From Octopus sinensis (taxonomy: Eukaryota): 64,000 nucleotides of DNA. The notes beneath the pieces were generated by a model. The model saw only the letters and a program-made list of their open reading frames with translations, had not been told where the DNA came from and ran no database searches. Position numbers and translations under genes: made by a program. This document shows, in pieces, positions 23,520-34,293 of this stretch. The DNA lies in assembly GCF_006345805.1 (NCBI RefSeq), contig NC_043020.1, positions 20,956,001 through 21,020,000 of the forward strand. The letters run 5' to 3'. Numbering within the stretch: the stretch's first letter is position 1; each line of letters starts with the position of its first letter.

Positions 23520-24110
23520 TAACAGATGACTTTTGGATATGTCTGCTGGCTACGATTTTATCAATTTGGGTTGAGTATTTGGTAAAACACAACACAGATA
23601 ATTCTTAACAACCAAAGCGGTTTCTTTTCTTTGTTTATGTCCTTGAAAAGTGAAAGTTCAAGTTCACAGAAATATATAATATTATATCTTGGGAACACAG
23701 GAAAGTTTTTGACATGGGATACACACAGGTTTCCGAGGGATGATGAGATGTGGAGAATTTGTACAGAAAAGCAATTCTCCAGTTGAAAGAATTACTCTTT
23801 AATCGCTTCTAGAATTTTGTCGATTACTATTATAAATGGATCATCAAGATATTTCTTGGATTGCTTCTGAAAATATGGCTGAAGTTCTTCCCTCAACCTT
23901 TTTAAAGTGCAGAAAAATATTTTCTTGATTCTTTTCTTTTCTTTCTTTTAGGTTCTCAATCAGATGTGTTATTGTGTCTGAAATTTGCTAGAATAAGCAA
24001 AGTACAGAACAAACAATCTTGAAATTAGCTGTTGAAGAACCACGCCCATAATATATTTTCTTTTCGTGTTTTCCCCATAGATGATGTTCTGGTCGACTTG
24101 GCATCGGGGT
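23520..24110 (-). pseudogene. Possible degenerate hAT transposase C-terminal remnant
   Basis: Minus-strand frame ..ITHLIENLKER..LQPYFQ..ISSSLGNLCVSHV.. weakly resembles hAT C-termini; a hAT-like MITE end lies nearby at ~24380-24520. Confidence 0.3.
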
Positions 24111-25580
24111 ACTTTTTTTTTAATTAATGACTAATATCAATTTCAGCAGTTCCAGATGAATCAGTGAAAAGCAAGAAATTTCTCTCCAAAAACTTTTACT
24201 ACTTCCTGGCTCAAGTTGCAAATGTATATTTTGTTATTTGATCAGTTGTTGCTGCTTAGCTTTAAGTTGGCTCTGATCGAGAATGCCTATGATGAATGAT
24301 AAACGAGACTGTAGTATGTCTGTTTCAGTTACCTGTTGGCTTTAAAGCTGTGGTGCCACATCAACGGGAGCCGCAGGGCCGGTTTCCTTGGTTGCAAAAT
24401 TTTTAGGGGCGCAAAATTTCAAAAGAAAAAAAAACTAAAACAAATAAATAAAAAGAGAGCGCATCCTCGTCGCAATGCTTGCCTTATTCCGGGCGGTATA
24501 GACCTAAATTATGCTACTGCTTTGGCTATTAAATTTATTCCTATCTTCATTGCTCAAGCCCCGTAAATTTCTATGAACTGATCTTATTATAATTATCTAC
24601 CTTGCTTGTTTAGATTTTAAACTCTCCTAGCAGGATATTTTTTCAGTAATTATTTGGATAACCCCAGATGATCGAAAGTTTTCAATTAGTTGTATTACAT
24701 GTGTGAATAACCCTACTGTTATTACTTTTTGAATGCAGATCACTCCCCTGAGGTATTTTCCCTCAGCCACATCGTCGATATTTATAATTAGCATCACTAC
24801 ATTACCTCTCTCTCTGTGTCTCTCTCACCCCCTCTCTCAGCATATGCACACCACCGTGTAAATCAAGATTTAAGTACATTTAAATATTATAATGCGCCTC
24901 TATATTACTGATGTGCGAAAAAAATGGGAGGGAGTCCCCTGACTGCCCTTTTTACGGTTAATTGATCGCTCACTCTTAGCTTTTCCTACTTCCCTGAAGA
25001 GATGTAATAAGACTGAAACATGTCTGTTAGTTTCATCAGTTGATTTTAAAGATCAAATCCACATCAATTCGCATTGTATTTATTGTACAAAAACTTAGAT
25101 CAGCTAATTTTAAAGTTATCTTTCATGCTTTTAGACTATAAACACAGAGAAAGATTTTATCTACTGACTGCTTGCATAATAAATATACCTATCGAAGTTT
25201 TTCAATTCACTGTTACATATGTTACATTCTTAGTATATAAATTGCTCTAGTGATGTATTTTCGCTCAGTCGTTTTGTTCAAAGCCAGATTTGCTAGGTAT
25301 ATAATAACCATGATGGTGTCCAACAGAATTCTTAAGGTAGAATGGCCAAATATTTGTCCAGTAGTAGCAAATATGTATTTAAATATGCTTTCATACCGAT
25401 ATGCCTATAGTCAAAGTTATTTCAGCTGTGTTCGTTCAGTTTTTTTGGTGATAACATTGGCTAATGTGTCTTAGTCCTTTTTTTAATCATTGATGGTGGG
25501 TAAGATTTGAAAGATTTAGCTAGTATTTCTAGTAGGTTAGGCGAAAACGAAGAACTTCATTCCTTGGTTTGTCTGCTTGA

Positions 25581-25973
25581 TGGCAGTTTGTATTATGGTT
25601 GTGGAGCCATCTAAATATAACTCTATTCAGAAGGCTGTAATATCATTTGATAGGAACTCGGTACAAAGAAATACATAGAACAAGGCTGTAACCTTAAATA
25701 CCTTTAATGTTGGCCTCACATATATATATACAAGCTGAATGACAAATGGAAATGGTTTGATGCGTGGAGGCTATGTTCTCCTCCTGAGCGTTACCTTCTG
25801 TCTGTCTGCTAGTAGCTGCGTGTCGTGAAAGATCCAACTAGATTATGTCCTTGCCCTACGACGTTTTGATGCCAAAAGAGGAAGAGGTGAGTGCCTGAAC
25901 CTTAATGTTGCGTGTGCCCTCTACTGGCCAACTATTTAGGCAGCCGCCGTCAGGGTAGGTAACTGCGCCTAGA
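25581..25973 (-). repeat. Gypsy 3' LTR
   Basis: Matches 31755-32130; preceded on the minus strand by the AAG10 polypurine tract (25977-25988). Confidence 0.9.
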
Positions 25974-26289
25974 GAGCCCCCCCCCCTTAGACCAGAAGCG
26001 GTCGAATAAGAATAATGTAGGCGGAGTAGGTGTGCGCTAGGAGGGCACAGAAGAATGAACCATGGCAAAACAGTTGTATGAACAATTGAAAAAATACAAT
26101 GCAAGTATGTACAAGTAAAACGTTTAGCAAAGAAAGCATCCAATCAAATAGAACTAAGTATATATGTACAATGATACAGAAAGAGAAAAAATATGAATGC
26201 GGTGTCACTGAATATGTGTCACTGGCGAGGTAAAGTTAAGAGATGTAGTCTGAGACAATTTCTTCGGCCAATGAAGTGATCTGTCAGAA

Positions 26290-29132
26290 CGTGTCCTGTA
26301 AGGTGAAGAATGCATTTTTGTGTAGTTGGTGTTTTGATGAGTGGAGGTGGTGCTGGTGGGGGTGAGAGTGTTTGTGGAATAATGGGTGTGTCAGCAAGTG
26401 GCACAAATGTGTCGGAAACAAGCTTTTTTTATTCTGTCGATAGAGACAGTCTCTTTTTTTCCGTGAATGTCCACAGCGAACAGTTTCAGCGTGCTTCTAA
26501 GAACGTGATAGGATCCAGTGTAGAGAGGTGTGAGCGGTCCCTTGACGGCATCATTTCTTACAAGCACGTGGGTCCAAGTAGAAATATATGGAGTTACTGT
26601 AGAAAAAATAGACTGGTGGCAGGTCAGCAAAGAATGACCTGAGTCGTGTGACGTAAGATGTGGTGTCCGCATTCGGTGAGTCGACGGGTGCCAACATTTG
26701 TCCAGGAAGTGCTAAAGTGGTACCATACAGGAGCTCAGCGGAGGAGTAGCCTAAATCTCCCTTGACAGCTGAGCAGCACCCCTGCAGGACAATGGGGAGA
26801 AAGTTGGACCAAAGATGAGGGTCAGGAGCCGTGCGAATAGCGGCTTTGAGCTGGTGGTGGAATCTTCCTACCATTCCGTTCGCGTCGGGATGGTAAATTG
26901 TGGTGTGGATGTGCTGAACTTCGAGCAATCTCGAAGACTCACGGAACAGATAAGCTTCAAATCGGCGTCCACGATCAGTAGTAATTCTAGAGGGTACTCC
27001 AAAGCGAGATATCCACCCGGATATGAGTGCTCTGGCGACTGTTTCCACGGAAATGTCCTCAAGAGGGATGGCTTCAGGCCATCTGGAGAAGCGGTTGATG
27101 CAGGTGAATATATAAGTAAATCCGCAACTGACCGGCTAAGGACCAACCAGGTCAATGTGAATGTGACGGAACCTGGTGTCCGTTGGCTGGAAGCATCCAA
27201 GAGGTGCTCTCACGTGACGATACACCTTGAAACGCTGACATGGCAGACAGGCACGTGACCAAGCAGTAATAGACCGACGCATATTCAGCCAGAAAAAGCG
27301 AGCCGAGATAAGTTTTACTGTGGCAGCTATGCCGGGGTGTGACAGTGAATGCAGTGCTTTAAAAACAGCACGACGGTGATGTTCAGGAACGAGGGGTCGT
27401 AGTGACCCGGTAGAAACATCGCAAAGAATAGTTCCTTCAGAAAACGGCAGAGGCAGGTATTCAAACTTGCCGCAGGAAAACTGTGGTGAAGAGACGTCCA
27501 GAGAGTCCAAGGAGGGTTGGGCAGTACCCATAGCAACCAAATTAATCGAAGCAGGAGACGACAGCGCACTGACAGGCAGGCGAGATACGGCATCGGCGGG
27601 ATGTTGTCAGTGCCAGCAATGTGGCGAATGTCACTAGTGAATTGTGATATGTAGTCCAAATGCTTTGTTTCTCTGGGTGAGTCTCGGTCCGTTTTGGCAA
27701 AGAGAGCGAACGTTAACGGTTTGTGGTCGGTGAAAATCGTGAAATCTCTACCTTCAAGAAGATGAGAGAAATGCTTTACTGCCAAGTAGATTGCTGTATC
27801 TCAATTCGGCATTTTTCAACTGGCGCGAAAAGAAGGCTAATGGCTGGCTTCGGCTGTTGACAGATTGCTCTAAAACTGCGGCAATAGCGGATGATTACAC
27901 GTTGTCAGTGAGTGTCAATTTTGCATCTGCAATAGGATGAGCGAGGAAGGATGCTTGAGCAAGGTCAGCTTTGAGAGATTCAAAAGCTTGGATGGATGTA
28001 GGAGACAGCGTTATCGAGGAGTCTTTTTTCCGTTGATCTTTCAAGAGCCAAGTCAAGGGAAGCAACTTCTCTGCGCAGTTAAAATGAAACGACGATAATA
28101 ATTAATTAAACTAATAAAATTTCTGAGCTATTTTAATGAAACAGGAGACAAGCGCTTGATGGCTTCCACTTTAGAGGGAAGCGTCGGCGTCATGAAATGC
28201 CCCAAGAATTCCAAGCTGGTAAAACCGAATACACACTTGGATTGATCTTCACATCATAGGAACATAGGCGCTTGAAGAGTTGGGTTAAGTATTGGAGGTG
28301 CTGATCTGGAGTACCACTGGCGATTAGAAGGTCATCGACAAAATGTAACCCACGGACGACCTCACCAATGAACCTTTGGAACGTGCTGGCCGCATTACAA
28401 AGGCCAAACGGCATAGACATTACGAAGACCAAACGGCTGTCTTTGGAATGTCGTCGGGGTTGACAGGGATTTTGTGGTACGCGCGTACTTAGTCGATTTT
28501 AGAAAAATCTTACAGCCGTGCAGGGCAGACGAAAAATTCTGCATATTTGGTTGGGGATAGCGATCTGCAATAGTGAGTGTTAAGACATCTAAAATCTCCA
28601 GCTGATCGAAAATCAGCTTCATTATTCCTGGTCATGTGTAAAGGTGCTGCCCACGGGCTCGTGAAGGGACGAATAAGGCCCAGCTGGAGCATGTGCTCGA
28701 ATTCAGCCCGGGCGATCCGGAGTTTTATCTGGAGACAACTGGTGTGGTCGGAAAAAAAACTGGAGGCCCCTTAGTCGTGATGAAATGTCTCGTGGAATGG
28801 ACTGAATTCGACGAATGAAATGACAAGTCAGTCAACTCTGGAAACGAAGCGAGTAACTGATGGTAGGCGTCACCCGAAGCAGCCACGATGAAGGAAGAGC
28901 TCACGAAAGGGACAGTAGAATCCTTTCCGGAGATGGCGAGTGAATTGGTGTCATCAATAAGTCGGCGTCCTCTAACGTCCACAAGGAGAGAATAGTGATG
29001 TAAGAAATCAGCACCAAGAATGCGATAGGGCAGGTCTACAATGACGAAGATCCACTTGAAATTCCTACGGATTGATAAATTCAGGGTAGGAGAGATTTGT
29101 CTGTAGATTTTGATGGCGAAATGATTCACCGC

Positions 29133-29223
<91 letters not shown>

Positions 29224-29960
29224 TCGGAAAGACCAAGATTGGTGGATGTAAACCTTCGGGGCCAAATGCTTACGCTGGCACCGGTGTCCACTATAAAGGA
29301 CTTTGAAGAATTAACATCTCGGATAAAAAATGCACGGTAAGGTGAATCAGTGCGGGAGACAACTGACGTGCCCAGCGCTCCCCTGCCGAGTTTCCCTGAA
29401 AAGAGTAAGAGCAGAGCTGTATACACCTTTCGGCTTGGTCCTTGAATTTCCTATGGTATCAGCAAATTGATGGAATAGGAAGTGCGCGTGCGCACGAGAA
29501 GTAGCGGCGTCTGGTCCTCCCTGCAGAATTATCCCATGAAGACGAACAGTTCCTGCACAAGCGTGAAACTTGACGGGTCAGTTCTCCACTAGCCCGCAAG
29601 ATTTCGGAGGATTGCGTGTCGTCCGGAGCAGAAGAATCACAAGCTCGAGTGGAGGACGAAGAAGCGCATTGAGGCAAAGGAAAAGGACTCATCTTGACGA
29701 TACTAGGAAAACGGAACGCCACGAAGAACAAGCTGGTTGAAGGAAACGCCTTTAGAAATAGCAGTCAAACACCCTAGTTGAAAGAAGACACGAGCATCAA
29801 ACTAGGATTTTTTTTAGTAGCAGAGGGTAAAATAGAAGTCTTTGCCAACGGATGAAGAACAAAACATGGCCAACACGTGAATAATCCGGGTAGGGTTGAG
29901 AGAAAGAAACTCATACCTGGCACGTAGGAAAAGTTGTTATCCATGTGAATTCTGAACAAA
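26290..29960 (-). pseudogene. Gypsy gag-pol, multiply frameshifted
   Basis: gag C*YHRKFKDQAERC; protease FIVDTGAS; RT SPWAAPLH, MPFGLCNAASTFQR, FVDDLLI; RH FTIFTDHKPL; IN HSLSHPG..CLPCQ, HIDLVGP, ITTDRG, ANGMVGRFH. Confidence 0.93.
29135..29220. repeat. (AG)n microsatellite inside Gypsy protease region
   Basis: Directly visible; yields an in-frame (SL)n run in ORF 28725-29426. Confidence 0.95.
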
Positions 29961-30708
29961 ATTTCGAGTATTTTTTTAACGTCATTTTACATGCAAGAAA
30001 ATTCTCCTGGGACTCTGTGTCTTTCAGTAAATTCAGTTACAACATGAGGAAAAATGATTTGCCGCGCCCGCTTGAAAATGGCGCCAAAATTTTCTGGTGA
30101 AGATGACAATATGGCGACGAGAGAGATCAGTGGTATGTTCCTATACGATGAATGGCGGTCTGGTCGCGTAGACGAAGTCGAGGAGAAAAAGGAATACGTA
30201 TCCATTGGTCAGAAATTCGTCCGAGATTCACCATTTTAGAAGGAATGGATCTTTTCCTTTTGATAGCCAGATTTCAACACAATTTCTAGTTAACTAAACA
30301 CTTTAAAACTTCGTATACTGGTAGAATGTGTCAAAAGAAAACATTATTTTCACTTGGCTTTTTTGATAAATTTGTAATTCGTTTGTTTAACGTAGTTTAA
30401 TTTTTCGAATTTTAACCAATCCTATGCTCTCTTTTGAGCTGAAATCATTTGCTGCGTCTAAAAACTGAGACAACATCTGTTTTGTTCGTAATATAGCGTT
30501 CGTGAGTTCGATATCAGGCTAACCTACCGGCCCCACGGTGGGATTTTTTTCTTTACGATTATTAGTAAATTTTTTCTTTACGATCATTAGTAAATTCACA
30601 TTTATTTATCAATATCGATAACGAATTACTGCCATTGTTTAGACCGGCCCCAGTACGTAACTGGTACTTAATTTATCTGGTACTTAATTTAACTGGTACT
30701 TAATTTAT

Positions 30709-30967
30709 CCCTAACTCTAACCCTAACCCTAACCCTAACCCTAAACCTAACCCTAACCCTAACCCCTAAACCCAACCCTAAACCTAACCCCTAACCCTAA
30801 ACCTAACCCTAACCCCTAACCCTAACCCTAACCCTAAACCTAACCCCTAACCCTGAACCTAACCCCTAACCAAAGCTAGCGACCGATGCCGGAAGGCTGT
30901 CACGAGATAGGGTTAGGGTTAGGGGTTAAGCTTAGGGTTAGGTTTAGGGTTAGGGTTAGGGTTAGGG
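30709..30967. repeat. Interstitial telomeric cassette: (CCCTAA)n 30709-30871, 36 bp spacer, (TTAGGG)n 30908-30967
   Basis: Directly visible, with variant units; flanked by inverted SINE-B segments. Confidence 0.95.
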
Positions 30968-31170
30968 ATAAATTAAGTACCAGTTACGCACGCACGCACT
31001 GGTGTCGATAGAATCGACTTAATACTTTTGTCTCTCATGCTTTGTCCCCTCTGTGTTTTGCCCCTTGCTGGAACAAATTTACACAAAAGGTAAATAAACC
31101 AGAAATGGGGGATCAATGTTTCATCGTTTCGGGGTCGATAAATTAAGTACCAATTACGCACTGGTGTCGA
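30968..31170 (+). mobile_element. SINE family B fragments (an inverted piece also lies at ~30650-30708)
   Basis: GATAAATTAAGTACCAGTTACGCA..GTCGAT shared with 22881-23504. Confidence 0.75.
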
Positions 31171-31754
31171 GGATTTTTTCCTCAATTTATATCACAGCCT
31201 CCGACAAGCTGGGGCATCCTTTTATGAAAAAATATTTCGCAAATTTTTACAATACGACCCACCTCCACGCACCCTCATATCCCACTCTAGACCGATTTAG
31301 GCATATTATTGTTTTGTTTTTGTTGTTTTTAGCCCTTCAAAACCATGGGAGAAGCCTTTTCGGTAAAAAAAAATAAAGAAAATATTCAAAAAATATCGTT
31401 AATATTTTTATTGGGCGACGAAATTCATCGATTTAAGAGATATGGCTGTTGTTTCTAGCACATGCCAACACAACCCTCCTCGTTTGTTTATCAATATCGA
31501 TAACGCAGCAAATGATTTCAGCTCAAAAGCGAGCATAGGATTGGTTAAAATTCGAAAAATTAAATTACGTTAAACAAACGAATTACAAATTTATCAAAAA
31601 AGCCAAGTGAAAGAAATCTGGCTATCAAAAGGAAAAGATCCCGGGGGGAAGTTTTAAAGTGCTTAGTTTACTAGAAATTGTGTTGAAATCTGGCTATCAA
31701 AAGGAAAAGATCCGAAGGAATTGTGGTGTGTGCTGCGTCGAGTCGCCACTTAGA

Positions 31755-32130
31755 TGGCTGTGTGTATCATGGTGGTGGAGCCATCTAAATATGACTCTAT
31801 TCAGAAGGCTGTAATATCATTTGATAGGAAAACGATTCAAAGAAATACATAGAACAAGGCTGTAACCTTAAATATCTTTAATGTCGGCCTCACTATATAT
31901 ACAAGCTGAATGACAAATGGAAATGGTTTGATGCGTGGAGGCCATGTTCTCCTCCTGAGCGTTACCTCTTGTCTGCGTGCCGTGAGAGAGCCAACTAGAT
32001 TATGTCCTTGCCCTACGACGTTTTGATGCCAAAAGAGGAAGAGGTGTGTGTCTGAACCTTAATGTTGCATGTGCCCTCTACTGGCCAGCTAATTAGGCAG
32101 CTTCTGTCAGGGTAGGTAATTGCACCTACA
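31755..32130 (-). repeat. Gypsy 5' LTR
   Basis: Begins TGTAGG on the minus strand; matches 25581-25973. Confidence 0.9.
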
Positions 32131-33483
32131 TTGGTATTTGACTATAGTTCTACCCTGAACGAGAAGACATGATTAAATACATTTCTTCCATAACCACACC
32201 TCTTTTTTGGCAGGGTAGTTGGTTCTAGGAATACATAATCTAATGTAATTCTCGTTTTAAAACGGTGGAATAGGATTTAACAGTTCTTTCGCTGCTATTT
32301 TTAATTGGTCAAGCAACTACAAAAACACTTGCATGATGCAAATGAGCGTTGTTCATTGATGTTATTTTTTTCTATGAATTATGCAACTGCCTTGCATTCA
32401 GTACTGTATTTCTCAGTTTCACAAGAGATGACTAGAATCGCAAACCACTTTGGTAAAATTTATCATCAAGCTGTTCTAAACTGACTTCCTTTAAACAGAT
32501 CTTTTCTTGGCGCGGAAATGCCTGTTTAAATGTTATACGACCGACCGAAAATAACATTTTTGCTGATAAAAATCACGTATACGAGCTGTCAAAAATGCTC
32601 ACATTCTCAGTAAAGTAATCAAGTAAAATGTTTTTTCATTCTGATAAGAAAAGTTTACATTAGAAGTTAGGGTATAAAAGTAGAGCATTTGAGATTTTTC
32701 TGCTGACTTTCGTAGAAGAAATGACAGGGACGAAGCATTTTTATAACAAATTATTTGGGGTCCCGAAATGGAGCTGATTCGTCACCATGATAAAGCTAAA
32801 AAGAAAAGAAAATAGTAACTTTCAGAATCAGCAAGCAAATGTAAATAATCACAATGATTGTATAACGGTTGTTGTTTAGTCACAGGTCAGTTGTTTAGTC
32901 ATGGATCAAAATATAATCTATAACGAAAATAAAATTCCTGAAACACTTCAAACTCTGTAGACAAGTTCTGCAGTGCGGGCAGAACAACTTGCCGTTGCTT
33001 ACAAATAGGATATATGAGAGAAGTGGGTTCAAACATTATATGGGACCGAGGTTCGAGGAGCCAAAGAGAGGCCTGTGGCAATCCGCAGTGCCCCACCTTT
33101 AAATTTTGAGTGATATCGTCTTTCACCTTCTCGAGGTCCGAAAGTAGTTTTGTTCTGCTAACAATCACTTTCAAAAACGTTGGTTTGAAGCACCGAATTA
33201 AACATCTGCGTCCAGCAGTGGCCTAGCTAATTGGGAGCGACCGCTCTTCCCGAGCACATTTTTCAAAATTAGTGCCTTTTCAACAATTTTTTTTTATCAC
33301 CTATGCGATAAAAGTCGAATCTCTTTTTTTTATGTTAACCGCATGGCAATGGAGGAACTTTCGGAGTCATCACATTATTTGAACAACCAACTGTTTCATC
33401 TTTTTCACGTCACACCTATATCAGTAGTTGTAAGTTTCATACGTTATGACATGGTTACTGAAACATACATACATATATAGAAC

Positions 33484-33524
<41 letters not shown>

Positions 33525-33526
<2 letters not shown>

Positions 33527-33732
33527 AAAGTACAGAAGCCATCTTAACATGGCTAACCACATAGGGGAGGGGGTGTTACTGTAGCTTTATAGCCCCGGGA
33601 GATGTGGTTAGCCATGTTAAGATGGCTTCAGTAACACCCCCTCCCCTATGTGGTTAGCCATGTTAAGATGGCTTCTATACTTTACATTATCGAGCGATTA
33701 CTGTTTCAATCTCATTCTGAGATTTAATAATG

Positions 33733-33735
<3 letters not shown>
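33525..33735. repeat. Fold-back fragment of the hammerhead repeat family between microsatellites
   Basis: 33525-33581 is inverted at ~33630-33685, with an extra partial inverted copy at ~33603-33629; ends ..GAGATTTAATAATGCC|(TA)n. Confidence 0.8.
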
Positions 33736-33814
<79 letters not shown>

Positions 33815-34259
33815 CACATATATATTTATATAATTTGGGTCTAATGACGTAATGTAATTGGTATGTACGTACGTGCTCGGTTTGGTTTACCACAAAAACT
33901 CTGGTTAGAACTGCAACTGAAAAATGGTGATGTTGAAGCTACCTTTCAAAGATAGTTAGAAGTGGTTCATCGTTGAGCAGGTAGATAAATATTAAAAACA
34001 GAGAATGAATACGCGAAATATGTGTCATCAATTTAGAGCAGTTAATTTATAATTAAAAAATTTATATATAGAGCAGAGTAATAGTAAATATGTAAAGTCT
34101 CTTAAAGCTGTTTCTAGAACAGCTGAGCGTGTGGATCATATGTTACTGAGATTTCCATATAAGCTACACATTCCATCCTCGGAGAAAGAGGAAGAAAGAG
34201 AGAGAGAGGAGGAGATAAATGAAGAATATATTATATATATATACTCATACATACGTATG

Positions 34260-34293
<34 letters not shown>

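Larger units (their letters stand above)
30247..31713. mobile_element. Non-autonomous DNA transposon with long TIRs starting GGATC and 8 bp TSD (Merlin-like)
   Basis: TSD GAAGGAAT at 30239-30246 and 31714-31721; ~30247-30457 is inverted, with rearrangement, at ~31503-31713. Confidence 0.85.
25581..32130 (-). mobile_element. Decayed Ty3/Gypsy LTR retrotransposon with nested insertions
   Basis: Direct repeats at both ends, PPT, PBS-like TGGCGAC (31742-31748), and gag-PR-RT-RH-IN order on the minus strand; no clean TSD found. Confidence 0.92.

Noticed and set aside
24989-25030. CTGAAGA..GAAACATGTC hammerhead-like string
   Set aside because: Core and stem III are present but stems I and II do not pair; at most a relic.
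30709-30967. Chromosome end-to-end fusion site
   Set aside because: The array order is opposite to a fusion, and the cassette is nested inside a MITE inside a Gypsy element.
32899-33174. 91 aa minus-strand ORF as a host exon
   Set aside because: No recognisable domain, no ATG start support and no supported splice context.
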